Assembly: GCF_058153355.1 (NCBI RefSeq)
Contig: NZ_CM177019.1
Strand: one strand, 5' to 3'
DNA: 64,000 nucleotides
Below the pieces are notes generated by a model. It saw only the letters and a program-made list of their open reading frames with translations, had not been told where the DNA came from and made no database searches. The stretch's first letter is position 1. Each line of letters begins with the position of its first letter. Below, one piece after another: positions 35,262 through 47,558 of the stretch. The position numbers and the translations under genes were made by a program.

Positions 35262-36320
35262 TCAGGCGGTTATCGAGACACTTTTAATTTGCGCGTATAG
35301 CCATAGGCCAGGTTTGATCGCCAGTTCATCCCTGGCCCACGGGCTTATTCGCGCCCACAGCGTTTTACCGCCGACTTCCAATTCCACTTCCACCTGACCG
35401 TTGTCGTCATAGCTATTGACGACTTTGGCGCGCAGCACATTGCGGATGCTGGTTTGTTGCGGCGGTTGTAAAACCAGAGAAACATCGGAAGCCTGGATGC
35501 GGATGCGTAGCGCGGCTTGCAGCGGTTCATCCAGCTTATTAACCCACAAATGCTGATCGCCCAGCGCCAGCGCGGTCATCGCGTAACGCGGATGATGTTC
35601 CAGTACCGTTACTTTCAGAATGCTGCTTTGTTGCTCTTTCGGCAGCCATGGATTCATCACGCTACTGCCCCAGACTTCTTCCAGCGCACCGAACGCTTTC
35701 ACCTGGCCGTTTTCCAGTACCATCACTCGGTCTGCCAGATGGAGGATCTCATCCAGCGAATGGCTGACATAGAGCATCGGAATGTTGATTTCCCGCGTCA
35801 ACCGTTGCAGATAAGGCAATAGCTCGCGTTTTCGCGGAAGATCCAGCGAGGCCAGTGGTTCATCCAGCAATAATAATTCCGGTGCCGTCAGCAATGCCCG
35901 GCCAATTGCCACACGCTGTTTTTCGCCTCCGGACAGGCTGCCCGGTAAACGGTCAAGCAACGGTTCAATGCCTAAAAGCGCCACCAGCTTATCGAACTGA
36001 TCGACCATGCTTTTCGCCATGCCGTAGCGCAGATTTCCACGTACTTTGTAATGCGGAAACAGCCGCGCATCCTGAAACACATAACCAACGCGACGCTTTT
36101 CTGGCGAAAGGCAGATCCCTTTTTCGGCGTCATTTAGTACCCGACCATTGAGGACAATCCGCCCTTTTTGCGGACGTGTCAGCCCACTGATGGCATTAAT
36201 CAGCGAGGTTTTTCCAGCTCCGGAGACACCAAAGATAGCGGTGATACCATTGGCGGGCAGCGTTTCATTAATGGCCAGGCAATGATTGCCCAACGTCTGG
36301 GAAAAATTCAGTTCCAGCAT
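35262..36320 (-). CDS. modC: Molybdate ABC transporter ATP-binding protein
   Basis: 352 aa; Walker A GVSGAGKT, signature LSGGEKQR. Confidence 0.9.
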   Translation of the reverse strand: MLELNFSQTLGNHCLAINETLPANGITAIFGVSGAGKTSLINAISGLTRPQKGRIVLNGRVLNDAEKGICLSPEKRRVGYVFQDARLFPHYKVRGNLRYGMAKSMVDQFDKLVALLGIEPLLDRLPGSLSGGEKQRVAIGRALLTAPELLLLDEPLASLDLPRKRELLPYLQRLTREINIPMLYVSHSLDEILHLADRVMVLENGQVKAFGALEEVWGSSVMNPWLPKEQQSSILKVTVLEHHPRYAMTALALGDQHLWVNKLDEPLQAALRIRIQASDVSLVLQPPQQTSIRNVLRAKVVNSYDDNGQVEVELEVGGKTLWARISPWARDELAIKPGLWLYAQIKSVSITA

Positions 36321-36322
36321 GA

Positions 36323-37012
36323 TTAGCGCCCCGCCCGTTCACGGCTGATTCTGGCCAGCCATTCAGAAATCAACAGGGAGATCATCGCCAGCGCAATAGA
36401 GATAATGCACAGTCTCGCCGCACCACTTTCCCCGCCGGGGGTCTGGATCAGGGTATACATGGCTGAAGGAATGGTTCGCGTTTCGCCAGGAATGTTAGAA
36501 ACAAAGGTGATCGTTGCCCCAAACTCACCAAGCGAACGAGCGAATGCCAGTACCGTACCGACGATAATTCCCGGTAAGGTCAGCGGTAACGTGATAGTAA
36601 AGAACACGCGCCAGCGCCCCGCCCCCAATGTTCTTGCGGCCTGTTCCAGTTTGACATCAACCCCTTCCAGCGCCAGACGAATTGCCCGCACCATCAACGG
36701 AAACGACATCACGGCGGCAGCGAGAACCGCGCCACGCCAGCTAAAGGCGAAGGTAATGCCAAACCAGTCATACAGACGTTCACCGATAAATCCGCGCCGT
36801 CCCATCGAAACTAATAACAAGTAACCGACGACCACGGGCGGTAACACCAGCGGTAGATGCAGTACGCTGTCGAGCAGAGCTTTGCCCGGAAATGTGCAAC
36901 GCACCAGTAACCAGGCAAAAAAGATCCCAAACGGCAGGCTAAACAGCACAGCCAGGGAAGAAACTTTCAGGCTTAATAAAACCGCCTGCCATTCTGGATC
37001 GGTCAGTATCAT
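36323..37012 (-). CDS. modB: Molybdate ABC transporter permease
   Basis: 229 aa membrane protein; synteny. Confidence 0.9.
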   Translation of the reverse strand: MILTDPEWQAVLLSLKVSSLAVLFSLPFGIFFAWLLVRCTFPGKALLDSVLHLPLVLPPVVVGYLLLVSMGRRGFIGERLYDWFGITFAFSWRGAVLAAAVMSFPLMVRAIRLALEGVDVKLEQAARTLGAGRWRVFFTITLPLTLPGIIVGTVLAFARSLGEFGATITFVSNIPGETRTIPSAMYTLIQTPGGESGAARLCIISIALAMISLLISEWLARISRERAGR

Positions 37013-37785
37013 TACTTGGTTGTAAATCCGTAGCGTTTAAAAATTTCCGCAGACTGCGGTCCCTTCAGATAATCATAAAATGCTTTTACTGTCGCATTGT
37101 TATGTCCTTCCACAACAGCAACCGGATATTCCACTTTTTTATGTGAATCTTCCGGGAAGGTGGCAACCACTTTTACCCCTTTGCTGGCAACTGCGTCAGA
37201 ACCGTAAACAATACCCAGCGGTGCTTCGTTACGTTCGACCAGCGCCAGCGCGCCACGCACATCTTCCGCCGGAGCCAGTTTCGGGGAGAGCGTATCCCAT
37301 GCGCCCAGTTTTTGCAGTGCTTCTTTTGCATAAATGCCAGCGGGAACATGTTCCGGATCACCAACCGCCAGGCGACCGCCATTCAGCAGCGAAGTCCAGT
37401 TGGTTTTGCTGTCAATGGAGAAATCTTTCTGCTCGCTGGCTTTCGGTGCTACAACAACCAGGCTATTACCGAGTAGAGTCTGACGCGAGGCCGTATCGAT
37501 CGCTTTTTTATCAACCGCATAATCCATCCATTTCTGATCGGCAGAAATAAACAGATCCGCAGGCGCACCCGCTTCAATCTGACGGGCCAGGGTAGAAGAC
37601 GAGGCGAAAGAAGAGACGACATCTACGCCTTTCTCTTTTTTATACTGCGTAGCGATGTCCTGCATTGCGTTAGTCAGTGATGCGGCGGCGAACACCGTGA
37701 TTTTTCCTTCATCTGCCAGTACATTGCCAGCAACAGCGAAAGAGAATGCCGCCCCGGCAAACAAGTTCAACCATTTACGAGCCAT
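37012..37785 (-). CDS. modA: Molybdate-binding periplasmic protein
   Basis: 257 aa with signal peptide; synteny. Confidence 0.9.
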   Translation of the reverse strand: MARKWLNLFAGAAFSFAVAGNVLADEGKITVFAAASLTNAMQDIATQYKKEKGVDVVSSFASSSTLARQIEAGAPADLFISADQKWMDYAVDKKAIDTASRQTLLGNSLVVVAPKASEQKDFSIDSKTNWTSLLNGGRLAVGDPEHVPAGIYAKEALQKLGAWDTLSPKLAPAEDVRGALALVERNEAPLGIVYGSDAVASKGVKVVATFPEDSHKKVEYPVAVVEGHNNATVKAFYDYLKGPQSAEIFKRYGFTTK

Positions 37786-37802
37786 TGGTAACCCCTTAAT
37801 GT

Positions 37803-37830
37803 GACGTTATGTAGGCGACAATATAACGGC
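37803..37830. promoter_or_regulatory. ModE operator in the modA promoter
   Basis: Palindrome cgttat-gtaggcgacaa-tataacg just upstream of modA. Confidence 0.55.
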
Positions 37831-37950
37831 AAGTTCAGAATTTTCCCAGCAGTTATTGCTAACCTTTGTGAGGTTGATGAAAAAAATATCGGCAGGAAAA
37901 GCAGGAAGTTGAGAAAAAGAAAATGCCCGACTAAGCGGGCATTCATAGAA

Positions 37951-38118
<168 letters not shown>

Positions 38119-38228
38119 TCATGAGACTATTCTAACCGCTAAGCACAGAAAAGCACTCCCCTTTTGTGCGGTCAGCTTTGCGTGGCGTTCGTTTTCCGTC
38201 ACAATAAGACTTTTGCCAGGACATTGTT

Positions 38229-39017
38229 ATGCAGGCCGAAATCCTTCTCACCCTTAAGCTCCAACAAAAATTATTCGCCGACCCGCGCCGCATTTCGTTA
38301 CTAAAACACATTGCGCTTTCCGGTTCCATTAGCCAGGGAGCGAAAGATGCCGGTATCAGCTATAAAAGCGCCTGGGATGCCATTAACGAGATGAATCAGT
38401 TAAGTGAGCATATTCTGGTTGAGCGCGCAACAGGCGGTAAAGGTGGCGGCGGCGCAGTACTGACCCGCTATGGTCAGCGACTGATTCAGCTCTATGATTT
38501 ACTGGCGCAAATCCAGCAAAAAGCCTTTGATGTGTTAAGTGACGATGACGCCTTGCCGCTGAACAGCCTGCTGGCCGCGATCTCACGTTTTTCACTGCAG
38601 ACCAGTGCCCGTAACCAGTGGTTTGGCACCATCACCGCCCGCGATCATGATGACATTCAACAACATGTTGATGTCTTACTGGCCGATGGCAAAACACGCC
38701 TTAAAGTCGCGATTACCGCACAAAGTGGCGCACGTCTGGGACTGGATGAAGGCAAAGAAGTGTTGATTCTGCTGAAAGCGCCGTGGGTGAACATTACTCA
38801 GGATGACACTGTCGCCCAGGGGGCCGACAACCAATTGCCGGGCATTATTCGTCATATAGAGCGCGGTGCAGAACAGTGCGAAGTATTAATGGCGCTACCT
38901 GACGGGCAAACTCTGTGCGCCACGGTGCCGATAAATGAAGCAGCTTCTCTTGAACAAGGGCAGAATGCCACGGCTTACTTTAACGCCGACAGCGTGATTA
39001 TCGCTACGCTTTGCTAA
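38229..39017 (+). CDS. modE: Molybdate-responsive transcriptional regulator
   Basis: 262 aa; recognised ModE. Confidence 0.9.
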   Translation: MQAEILLTLKLQQKLFADPRRISLLKHIALSGSISQGAKDAGISYKSAWDAINEMNQLSEHILVERATGGKGGGGAVLTRYGQRLIQLYDLLAQIQQKAFDVLSDDDALPLNSLLAAISRFSLQTSARNQWFGTITARDHDDIQQHVDVLLADGKTRLKVAITAQSGARLGLDEGKEVLILLKAPWVNITQDDTVAQGADNQLPGIIRHIERGAEQCEVLMALPDGQTLCATVPINEAASLEQGQNATAYFNADSVIIATLC

Positions 39018-39084
39018 GCGTGTTGACAATTTGTTATGAAACACGTATCCCTGTCAGTAATCGCTGCAAAAAATGGGATATAAA

Positions 39085-40557
39085 ATGTCATCATTGCAAA
39101 TTTTGCAAGGCACTTTTCGTCTTGGCGACACAAAAACGCTGCAATTGCCTCAGCTAACGTTAAACGCGGGTGATAGTTGGGCGTTTGTCGGTTCTAATGG
39201 CAGCGGGAAATCGGCGCTGGCCCGCGCGCTGGCGGGGGAACTTCCGCTTTTGAAAGGTGAACGGCAAAGTCAGTTTTCCCATATTACTCGTCTCTCCTTC
39301 GAGCAATTGCAAAAGCTCGTCAGCGACGAATGGCTGCGGAATAACACCGATATGCTCGCCCCTGGCGAAGATGACACCGGACGCACTACGGCTGAAATCA
39401 TTCAGGATGAAGTAAAGGATGCACCGCGTTGCATACAACTGGCGCAGCAGTTCGGTATTACCGCCCTCCTCGACCGACGCTTTAAATACCTTTCCACTGG
39501 CGAGACGCGAAAAACCCTGCTCTGTCAGGCGCTGATGTCGGAGCCAGACTTGTTGATTCTTGATGAGCCGTTCGATGGCCTTGATGTTGCCTCACGTCAG
39601 CAGCTGGCTGAGCGACTCGCCTCGTTACATCAGTCCGGTATTACCCTGGTACTGGTGCTCAATCGCTTCGATGAGATCCCGGAATTTGTCCAGTTTGCTG
39701 GTGTGCTGGCGGATTGCACGTTAGCGGAAACTGGTGCTAAAGAGGAACTGCTGCAGCAGGCACTTGTCGCGCAACTGGCGCATAGCGAGCGGCTTGAAGA
39801 TGTACAACTGCCAGAGCCGGATGTGCCTTCAGCACGTCACGCCTTACCCACCAACGAACCGCGCATTGTGCTGAAAAATGGCGTGGTTTCTTATAACGAT
39901 CGCCCCATTCTTAATAACCTTAGCTGGCAGGTGAATCCAGGCGAGCACTGGCAAATTGTCGGGCCAAATGGCGCGGGAAAATCGACGCTATTAAGCCTGA
40001 TTACAGGCGATCATCCGCAAGGTTACAGCAACGATTTGACGCTTTTTGGACGACGTCGCGGCAGCGGCGAAACCATCTGGGACATCAAAAAGCATATCGG
40101 TTACGTCAGCAGTAGTTTGCATCTGGATTACCGGGTCAGCACTACCGTGCGTAATGTGATCCTTTCTGGCTATTTTGATTCGATTGGCATTTATCAGGCC
40201 GTTTCAGATCGCCAGCAAAAACTGGTGCAGCAGTGGCTGGATATTCTCGGCATTGATAAACGCACGGCTGACGCGCCTTACCATAGTCTTTCCTGGGGAC
40301 AGCAACGTCTGGCGCTGATCGTTCGCGCACTGGTGAAGCATCCGACGTTGCTTATTCTTGATGAACCACTACAGGGGCTTGATCCGCTCAATCGCCAGCT
40401 TATCCGCCGTTTTGTTGATGTGCTGATTAGCGAAGGTGAAACGCAATTATTGTTTGTTTCACACCACGCCGAAGATGCGCCCGCCTGTATTTCCCATCGT
40501 CTTGAGTTCGTGCCGGACGGTGAACTCTATCGCTATGTGCTGACAAAAATAAACTGA
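39085..40557 (+). CDS. modF: ABC-type ATPase with two nucleotide-binding domains
   Basis: 490 aa from MSSLQILQGT...; two Walker A motifs (GSNGSGKS, GPNGAGKS). Confidence 0.85.
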   Translation: MSSLQILQGTFRLGDTKTLQLPQLTLNAGDSWAFVGSNGSGKSALARALAGELPLLKGERQSQFSHITRLSFEQLQKLVSDEWLRNNTDMLAPGEDDTGRTTAEIIQDEVKDAPRCIQLAQQFGITALLDRRFKYLSTGETRKTLLCQALMSEPDLLILDEPFDGLDVASRQQLAERLASLHQSGITLVLVLNRFDEIPEFVQFAGVLADCTLAETGAKEELLQQALVAQLAHSERLEDVQLPEPDVPSARHALPTNEPRIVLKNGVVSYNDRPILNNLSWQVNPGEHWQIVGPNGAGKSTLLSLITGDHPQGYSNDLTLFGRRRGSGETIWDIKKHIGYVSSSLHLDYRVSTTVRNVILSGYFDSIGIYQAVSDRQQKLVQQWLDILGIDKRTADAPYHSLSWGQQRLALIVRALVKHPTLLILDEPLQGLDPLNRQLIRRFVDVLISEGETQLLFVSHHAEDAPACISHRLEFVPDGELYRYVLTKIN

Positions 40558-40725
40558 GTCGGTAATGCTGACTGTACCGGAGGCGGCCTAAGCGCCCTCT
40601 CCGGCCTACAGTTCGACGCATCCAGGCATGAAACCGCGTCTTTTTTTTCAGATAAAAAGCGCAATCATTCATAAAGCCGCTGTTTTATAATCACTTAATC
40701 GCGCATAAAAAACGGCTAAATTCCT

Positions 40726-40741
40726 GTGTAAACGATTCCAC
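40726..40741. promoter_or_regulatory. gal operator OE (GalR/GalS site)
   Basis: gtgtaaacgattccac upstream of galE; a second operator-like site gtggtagcggttacat lies inside galE at 40839..40854 (OI). Confidence 0.7.
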
Positions 40742-40749
40742 TAATTTAT

Positions 40750-40805
40750 TCCATGTCACACTTTTCGCATCTTTGTTATGCTATGGTTATTTCATACCAT
40801 AAGCC
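40750..40805 (+). promoter_or_regulatory. gal promoters P2/P1
   Basis: Classic overlapping -10 elements tatgctatggttatttcatacca upstream of galE. Confidence 0.6.
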
Positions 40806-40819
40806 TAATGGAGCGAATT

Positions 40820-41836
40820 ATGAGAGTTCTGGTTACCGGTGGTAGCGGTTACATTGGAAGTCATACCTGTGTGCAATTACTGCAAAACGGTCATGATGTC
40901 ATCATTCTTGATAACCTCTGTAACAGTAAGCGCAGCGTACTGCCTGTTATCGAGTGTTTAGGCGGCAAACATCCAGCGTTTGTTGAAGGCGATATCCGTA
41001 ACGAAGCGTTGATGACTGAGATCCTGCACGATCACGCTATCGACACCGTGATCCACTTCGCCGGGCTGAAAGCCGTTGGCGAATCGGTACAAAAACCGCT
41101 GGAATATTACGACAACAATGTCAACGGCACCCTGCGCCTGATTAGCGCCATGCGCGCCGCTAACGTCAAAAACTTTATCTTCAGCTCCTCCGCCACCGTT
41201 TATGGCGATCAGCCCAAAATTCCATACGTTGAAAGCTTCCCGACCGGCACGCCACAAAGTCCTTACGGCAAAAGCAAGCTGATGGTGGAACAGATCCTCA
41301 CCGATCTGCAAAAAGCCCAGCCGGACTGGAGCATTGCCCTGCTGCGCTATTTCAACCCGGTTGGCGCGCATCCGTCGGGTGATATGGGCGAAGATCCGCA
41401 AGGTATTCCGAATAACCTGATGCCATACATCGCCCAGGTTGCTGTAGGCCGTCGCGACTCGCTGGCGATTTTTGGTAACGATTATCCGACCGAAGACGGT
41501 ACTGGCGTGCGCGATTACATCCACGTAATGGATCTGGCGGACGGTCACGTCGTGGCGATGGAAAAACTGGCGAACAAGCCAGGCGTACACATCTACAACC
41601 TCGGCGCTGGCATGGGCAGCAGCGTGCTGGACGTGGTTAATGCCTTCAGCAAAGCCTGCGGCAAACCGGTTAATTATCATTTTGCACCGCGTCGCGAGGG
41701 CGACCTTCCGGCCTACTGGGCGGACGCCAGCAAAGCCGACCGTGAACTGAACTGGCGCGTAACGCGCACACTCGATGAAATGGCGCAGGACACCTGGCAC
41801 TGGCAGTCACGCCATCCACAGGGATATCCCGATTAA
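40820..41836 (+). CDS. galE: UDP-glucose 4-epimerase
   Basis: 338 aa from MRVLVTGGSGYIGSH. Confidence 0.95.
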   Translation: MRVLVTGGSGYIGSHTCVQLLQNGHDVIILDNLCNSKRSVLPVIECLGGKHPAFVEGDIRNEALMTEILHDHAIDTVIHFAGLKAVGESVQKPLEYYDNNVNGTLRLISAMRAANVKNFIFSSSATVYGDQPKIPYVESFPTGTPQSPYGKSKLMVEQILTDLQKAQPDWSIALLRYFNPVGAHPSGDMGEDPQGIPNNLMPYIAQVAVGRRDSLAIFGNDYPTEDGTGVRDYIHVMDLADGHVVAMEKLANKPGVHIYNLGAGMGSSVLDVVNAFSKACGKPVNYHFAPRREGDLPAYWADASKADRELNWRVTRTLDEMAQDTWHWQSRHPQGYPD

Positions 41837-41845
41837 GGAACGACC

Positions 41846-42892
41846 ATGACGCAATTTAATCCCGTTGATCATCCACATCGCCGCTACAACCCGCTCACCG
41901 GGCAATGGATTCTGGTTTCACCGCACCGCGCTAAGCGCCCCTGGCAGGGGGCGCAGGAAACGCCAGCCAAACAGGTGTTACCTGCGCACGATCCAGATTG
42001 CTTCCTCTGCGCAGGTAATGTGCGGGTGACAGGCGATAAAAACCCCGATTACACCGGGACTTACGTTTTCACTAATGACTTTGCGGCCTTGATGTCTGAC
42101 ACGCCAGATGCGCCAGAAAGCAACGATCCTTTGATGCGTTGTCAGAGCGCGCGCGGTACCAGCCGGGTGATCTGCTTTTCACCGGATCACAGTAAAACGC
42201 TGCCAGAACTGAGCGTTGCGGCATTGACGGAAATCGTCAAAACCTGGCAGGAGCAAACCGCAGAACTGGGGAAAACATACCCGTGGGTGCAGGTCTTTGA
42301 AAACAAAGGCGCGGCGATGGGCTGCTCTAACCCGCATCCGCACGGACAGATTTGGGCAAATAGCTTCCTGCCTAACGAAGCTGAGCGCGAAGACCGCCTG
42401 CAAAAAGAATATTTCGCCGGGCAGAAATCACCAATGCTGGTGGATTATGTTCAGCGCGAGCTGGCAGACGGTAGCCGTACCGTTGTCGAAACCGAACACT
42501 GGTTAGCCGTTGTACCTTACTGGGCTGCCTGGCCGTTCGAAACGCTACTGCTGCCCAAAGCCCACGTTTTGCGGATCACCGATTTGACCGACGCCCAGCG
42601 CAGCGATTTGGCGCTGGCGTTGAAAAAGCTGACCAGTCGTTATGACAACCTCTTCCAGTGCTCCTTCCCCTACTCTATGGGCTGGCACGGCGCGCCATTT
42701 AATGACGAAGAGAATCAACACTGGCAGCTGCACGCGCACTTTTATCCGCCTCTGTTGCGCTCCGCCACCGTACGTAAATTTATGGTTGGTTATGAAATGC
42801 TGGCAGAGACCCAGCGAGACCTGACCGCAGAACAGGCAGCAGAGCGTTTGCGCGCAGTCAGCGATATCCATTTTCGCGAATCCGGAGTGTAA
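41846..42892 (+). CDS. galT: Galactose-1-phosphate uridylyltransferase
   Basis: 348 aa; HPH active-site motif (NPHPHGQIW). Confidence 0.95.
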   Translation: MTQFNPVDHPHRRYNPLTGQWILVSPHRAKRPWQGAQETPAKQVLPAHDPDCFLCAGNVRVTGDKNPDYTGTYVFTNDFAALMSDTPDAPESNDPLMRCQSARGTSRVICFSPDHSKTLPELSVAALTEIVKTWQEQTAELGKTYPWVQVFENKGAAMGCSNPHPHGQIWANSFLPNEAEREDRLQKEYFAGQKSPMLVDYVQRELADGSRTVVETEHWLAVVPYWAAWPFETLLLPKAHVLRITDLTDAQRSDLALALKKLTSRYDNLFQCSFPYSMGWHGAPFNDEENQHWQLHAHFYPPLLRSATVRKFMVGYEMLAETQRDLTAEQAAERLRAVSDIHFRESGV

Positions 42893-42895
42893 GTA

Positions 42896-44044
42896 ATGAG
42901 TCTGAAAGAAAAAACACAATCTCTGTTTGCCAATGCATTTGGCTACCCTGCCACTCATACCATTCAGGCGCCTGGCCGCGTGAATCTTATTGGCGAACAC
43001 ACCGACTACAACGACGGTTTCGTTCTGCCCTGCGCAATTGATTATCAAACCGTCATTAGCTGTGCGCCACGTGATGACCGTAACGTTCGCGTGATGGCAG
43101 CCGATTATGAAAATCAGCTTGACGAGTTTTCCCTTGATGCGCCCATTGTCGCTCATGAAAACTATCAATGGGCTAACTACGTCCGTGGCGTGGTGAAACA
43201 TCTGCAACTGCGTAACAACAGCTTCGGCGGCGTGGACATGGTGATCAGCGGCAATGTGCCGCAGGGTGCCGGGTTAAGTTCTTCCGCTTCACTGGAAGTC
43301 GCGGTTGGAACCGTATTGCAGCAGCTTTATCATCTGCCGCTGGACGGCGCACAAATCGCACTTAACGGCCAGGAAGCAGAAAACCAGTTTGTTGGCTGTA
43401 ACTGTGGGATCATGGATCAGCTAATTTCCGCGCTCGGCAAGAAAGATCATGCCTTGCTGATCGATTGCCGCTCACTGGGCGCCAAAGCGGTTTCTATGCC
43501 GAAAGGTGTGGCTGTCGTCATCATCAACAGTAACTTCAAACGTACCCTGGTCGGCAGCGAATACAACACCCGTCGTGAACAGTGCGAAACCGGTGCGCGT
43601 TTCTTCCAGCAGCCGGCCCTGCGCGATGTCACCATTGAAGAGTTCAACGCTGTTGCGCATGAACTGGACCCGATCGTGGCGAAACGCGTGCGTCATATCC
43701 TGACTGAAAACGCCCGTACCGTTGAAGCAGCCAGCGCACTGGAGCAAGGCGACCTGAAACGTATGGGCGAGTTGATGGCGGAGTCTCATGCTTCTATGCG
43801 CGATGATTTCGAAATCACCGTGCCGCAAATTGACACTCTGGTAGAAATCGTCAAAGCTGTGATTGGCGACAAAGGTGGCGTACGCATGACCGGCGGCGGA
43901 TTTGGCGGCTGTATCGTCGCACTGATCCCGGAAGAGCTGGTGCCTGCCGTACAGCAGGCTGTCGCTGAACAATATGAAGCAAAAACAGGTATTAAAGAGA
44001 CTTTTTACGTTTGTAAACCATCACAAGGAGCAGGACAGTGCTGA
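42896..44044 (+). CDS. galK: Galactokinase
   Basis: 382 aa; GHMP kinase signatures ([25 protein letters not shown]). Confidence 0.95.
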   Translation: MSLKEKTQSLFANAFGYPATHTIQAPGRVNLIGEHTDYNDGFVLPCAIDYQTVISCAPRDDRNVRVMAADYENQLDEFSLDAPIVAHENYQWANYVRGVVKHLQLRNNSFGGVDMVISGNVPQGAGLSSSASLEVAVGTVLQQLYHLPLDGAQIALNGQEAENQFVGCNCGIMDQLISALGKKDHALLIDCRSLGAKAVSMPKGVAVVIINSNFKRTLVGSEYNTRREQCETGARFFQQPALRDVTIEEFNAVAHELDPIVAKRVRHILTENARTVEAASALEQGDLKRMGELMAESHASMRDDFEITVPQIDTLVEIVKAVIGDKGGVRMTGGGFGGCIVALIPEELVPAVQQAVAEQYEAKTGIKETFYVCKPSQGAGQC

Positions 44045-45078
44045 ACGAAACTCCCGCACTGGCACCCGATGGTCAGCCGTACCGACTGTTAACTTTGCGT
44101 AACAACGCAGGGATGGTAGTCACGCTGATGGACTGGGGTGCGACTTTACTTTCCGCCCGTATTCCGCTTTCCGATGGCAGCGTCCGCGAGGCGCTGCTCG
44201 GCTGCGCCAGCCCGGAATGCTATCAGGATCAGGCCGCGTTTCTGGGGGCCTCTATTGGTCGTTATGCCAACCGCATCGCCAATAGCCGTTATACCTTTGA
44301 CGGTGAAACCGTGACGCTTTCGCCAAGTCAGGGCGTTAACCAGCTGCACGGCGGCCCGGAAGGGTTCGACAAACGTCGCTGGCAGATTGTGAATCAGAAC
44401 GATCGTCAGGTGCTATTTGCCCTGAGTTCAGAAGATGGCGATCAGGGCTTTCCGGGGAATCTCGGCGCGACAGTGCAGTATCGTCTGACCGACGATAACC
44501 GTATCTCCATTACTTATCGCGCCACGGTTGATAAACCTTGCCCGGTGAATATGACTAACCACGTCTATTTCAACCTCGACTGCGAGCAGTCTGACGTACG
44601 CAATCACAAGCTGCAGATTCTGGCAGACGAATATCTGCCGGTTGATGAAGGCGGCATTCCGCACGACGGCCTGAAATCTGTCGCCGGAACGTCTTTTGAT
44701 TTCCGCAGCGCCAAAATCATCGCCAGTGAATTTCTTGCCGACGATGATCAGCGCAAAGTGAAAGGTTACGATCATGCGTTCTTGTTACAGGCTAAAGGTG
44801 ATGGCAAGAAAGTGGCGGCGCATGTCTGGTCAGCAGATGAAAAATTGCAACTGAAGGTCTACACCACCGCTCCGGCTCTGCAATTTTACTCCGGCAACTT
44901 CCTTGGTGGCACGCCGTCACGGGGAACCGAACCTTACGCTGACTGGCAGGGACTGGCTCTGGAAAGCGAGTTTCTGCCGGACAGCCCAAACCACCCTGAA
45001 TGGCCGCAACCGGACTGCTTCCTGCGCCCTGGCGAAGAGTATTCCAGCCTGACTGAATATCAGTTTATTGCTGAATAA
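44038..45078 (+). CDS. galM: Aldose 1-epimerase (galactose mutarotase)
   Basis: 346 aa; synteny at the end of galETKM. Confidence 0.95.
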   Translation: MLNETPALAPDGQPYRLLTLRNNAGMVVTLMDWGATLLSARIPLSDGSVREALLGCASPECYQDQAAFLGASIGRYANRIANSRYTFDGETVTLSPSQGVNQLHGGPEGFDKRRWQIVNQNDRQVLFALSSEDGDQGFPGNLGATVQYRLTDDNRISITYRATVDKPCPVNMTNHVYFNLDCEQSDVRNHKLQILADEYLPVDEGGIPHDGLKSVAGTSFDFRSAKIIASEFLADDDQRKVKGYDHAFLLQAKGDGKKVAAHVWSADEKLQLKVYTTAPALQFYSGNFLGGTPSRGTEPYADWQGLALESEFLPDSPNHPEWPQPDCFLRPGEEYSSLTEYQFIAE

Positions 45079-45082
45079 CTTT

Positions 45083-45110
45083 AAGCCCTCGTCATGAGGG
45101 CTTTATCCTT
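45083..45110 (+). terminator. Terminator-like hairpin after galM
   Basis: aagccctc-gtcat-gagggctt followed by a T-rich stretch. Confidence 0.5.
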
Positions 45111-45280
45111 ATATTGCTCAAATCACCAGCAAACACCGACATATTTGCAACTCAATATTCACAACAACCTTACACTGCGACACTATTTTCGCTATGGTTA
45201 TGCGTAAGCATTGCCGTTGCTTCGTCACGGCAATATAATGAGAATTATTATCATTAAAAGATGGTTTGAGGAGTAAGTAT

Positions 45281-46033
45281 ATGGCTGTAACTAAGCTGGT
45301 TCTGGTTCGTCATGGCGAAAGTCAGTGGAACAAAGAAAACCGTTTTACCGGTTGGTACGACGTGGATCTGTCTGAGAAAGGCGTAAGCGAAGCAAAAGCA
45401 GCTGGTAAGCTGCTGAAAGAGGAAGGTTACAGCTTTGATTTTGCTTACACCTCTGTGCTGAAACGCGCTATCCATACCCTGTGGAATGTGCTGGACGAAC
45501 TGGATCAGGCATGGCTGCCCGTTGAGAAATCCTGGAAACTGAACGAACGTCACTACGGTGCGTTGCAGGGTCTGAATAAAGCGGAAACCGCTGAAAAGTA
45601 TGGCGACGAGCAGGTGAAACAGTGGCGTCGTGGTTTTGCAGTGACTCCGCCGGAACTGACTAAAGATGATGAGCGTTATCCGGGTCACGATCCACGTTAC
45701 GCGAAGCTGAGCGAGAAAGAACTGCCACTGACGGAAAGCCTGGCGCTGACCATTGACCGCGTGATCCCTTACTGGAATGAAACCATTCTGCCGCGTATGA
45801 AGAGCGGTGAGCGCGTAATCATCGCCGCACACGGTAACTCGTTACGTGCGCTGGTGAAATATCTCGATAACATGAGCGAAGAAGAGATTCTTGAGCTGAA
45901 TATCCCGACTGGCGTGCCACTGGTTTATGAATTCGACGAGAATTTCAAACCGCTGAAACGCTATTATCTGGGTAATGCTGACGAGATCGCGGCGAAAGCA
46001 GCGGCCGTTGCTAACCAGGGTAAAGCGAAGTAA
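45281..46033 (+). CDS. gpmA: 2,3-bisphosphoglycerate-dependent phosphoglycerate mutase
   Basis: 250 aa from [17 protein letters not shown] (RHG catalytic motif). Confidence 0.95.
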
Positions 46034-46056
46034 ACGTCATTCGCTTAAAAATGAGA

Positions 46057-46087
46057 AAGCCGACTGCAAGTGAGTCGGCTTTTTTGT
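46057..46087 (+). terminator. Rho-independent terminator after gpmA
   Basis: agccgact-gcaagtg-agtcggct followed by TTTTTTG. Confidence 0.7.
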
Positions 46088-46190
46088 TGCTAACAATGGA
46101 GCACATTGCCTGATGCGACGCTGCGCGTCTTATCAGGCCTACGGTGATTCATCGGATAACCACTGTGACGGCGCATCCGACAATTAAACT

Positions 46191-47243
46191 TTACCCGCGA
46201 CGCGCTTTTACTGCATTCGCCAGTTGACGTAACAGAGCATCGGTATCTTCCCAGCCAATGCAGGCATCGGTGATGCTCTTGCCATAGGCCAGCGGTTCCC
46301 CACTCTCGAGGCTCTGATTGCCTTCCACCAGATGGCTTTCCACCATCACGCCAATAATGGCCTTTTCGCCACCGGCAATCTGCTGGCAAACGTCAGCACA
46401 AACATCCATCTGCTTTTTGAATTGTTTCGACGAGTTAGCATGGCTGAAATCGATCATCACCTGTGCTGGCAGGCCTGCCTTGTTCAGCCCTTCTTTCACT
46501 TCAGCAACGTGCTTCGCGCTGTAGTTAGGCTCTTTACCGCCGCGCAGAATGATATGGCAATCGCCGTTACCGCTGGTATTCACAATCGCCGAATGCCCCC
46601 ATTTCGTTACGGACAGGAAGCAGTGCGGCGCACCGGCGGCATTAATAGCATCGATAGCCACTTTAATCGTACCGTCGGTGCCATTTTTGAAGCCGACCGG
46701 ACAAGAAAGCCCTGATGCCAGTTCGCGGTGCACCTGCGATTCCGTGGTACGTGCGCCAATTGCGCCCCAGCTCATCAGGTCAGCGAGATATTGTGGGGTG
46801 ATCATATCCAGGAATTCACCCGCCGCTGGCAGACCGCTGTCGTTAATATCGAGCAGCAATTTGCGGGCAATACGCAGACCGTCGTTGATCTGGAAGCTGT
46901 TATCCATATGCGGATCGTTAATCAGCCCTTTCCAGCCCACCGTGGTACGCGGCTTTTCAAAATAGACGCGCATCACGATCTCCAGCTCATCTTGCAGCTC
47001 TTCACGCAGCGCCAGCAAGCGAGTGGCATACTCTTTAGCCGCGACGGGATCATGAATAGAACACGGACCAATCACCACCAACAGGCGATCATCATTACCT
47101 TTCAGGATCTTATGGATCGCTTTTCGGGCATGGGCAACCGTATTCGCGGCATTTTCAGTAGCAGGGAATTTTTCCAGCAATGCGACAGGAGGAAGTAACT
47201 CTTTGATTTCTTTGATGCGTAAATCGTCGTTCTGATAATTCAT
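46191..47243 (-). CDS. aroG: DAHP synthase, Phe-sensitive
   Basis: 350 aa; recognised AroG N-terminus MNYQNDDLRIKEIKELLPP. Confidence 0.95.
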   Translation of the reverse strand: MNYQNDDLRIKEIKELLPPVALLEKFPATENAANTVAHARKAIHKILKGNDDRLLVVIGPCSIHDPVAAKEYATRLLALREELQDELEIVMRVYFEKPRTTVGWKGLINDPHMDNSFQINDGLRIARKLLLDINDSGLPAAGEFLDMITPQYLADLMSWGAIGARTTESQVHRELASGLSCPVGFKNGTDGTIKVAIDAINAAGAPHCFLSVTKWGHSAIVNTSGNGDCHIILRGGKEPNYSAKHVAEVKEGLNKAGLPAQVMIDFSHANSSKQFKKQMDVCADVCQQIAGGEKAIIGVMVESHLVEGNQSLESGEPLAYGKSITDACIGWEDTDALLRQLANAVKARRG

Positions 47244-47558
47244 GTCTGTTCCAGTGTTGCCATACTTATCTTAGTGAATGCAATACTTCCAATCTATATC
47301 TTCCGTCAGAATGTGTAAACGGGGTTTTACACTATGAACGGATTAATCCTGGAATTAGCAAGAAAAACGCCAGATTGTCGCGAAAAACGAGATCTCTCCT
47401 ACAATTTCTAACTGTAACTCCTTTGTTTGTTAATTATTTCAAGATTCTCTGCTGCGTTTTATAACCTGGCTGAAATCTTAAACCATTGCCTTATATTCAC
47501 CTGCAAATGCACTGTTGGAAGAGGTTATCCGACATAACGACCATAACAGGAGCATCCT

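Noticed and set aside
40958-41800. 280-aa minus-strand ORF
   Set aside because: Antisense to galE, which is unambiguously identified.
42545-43207. 220-aa minus-strand ORF
   Set aside because: Antisense to galT/galK.
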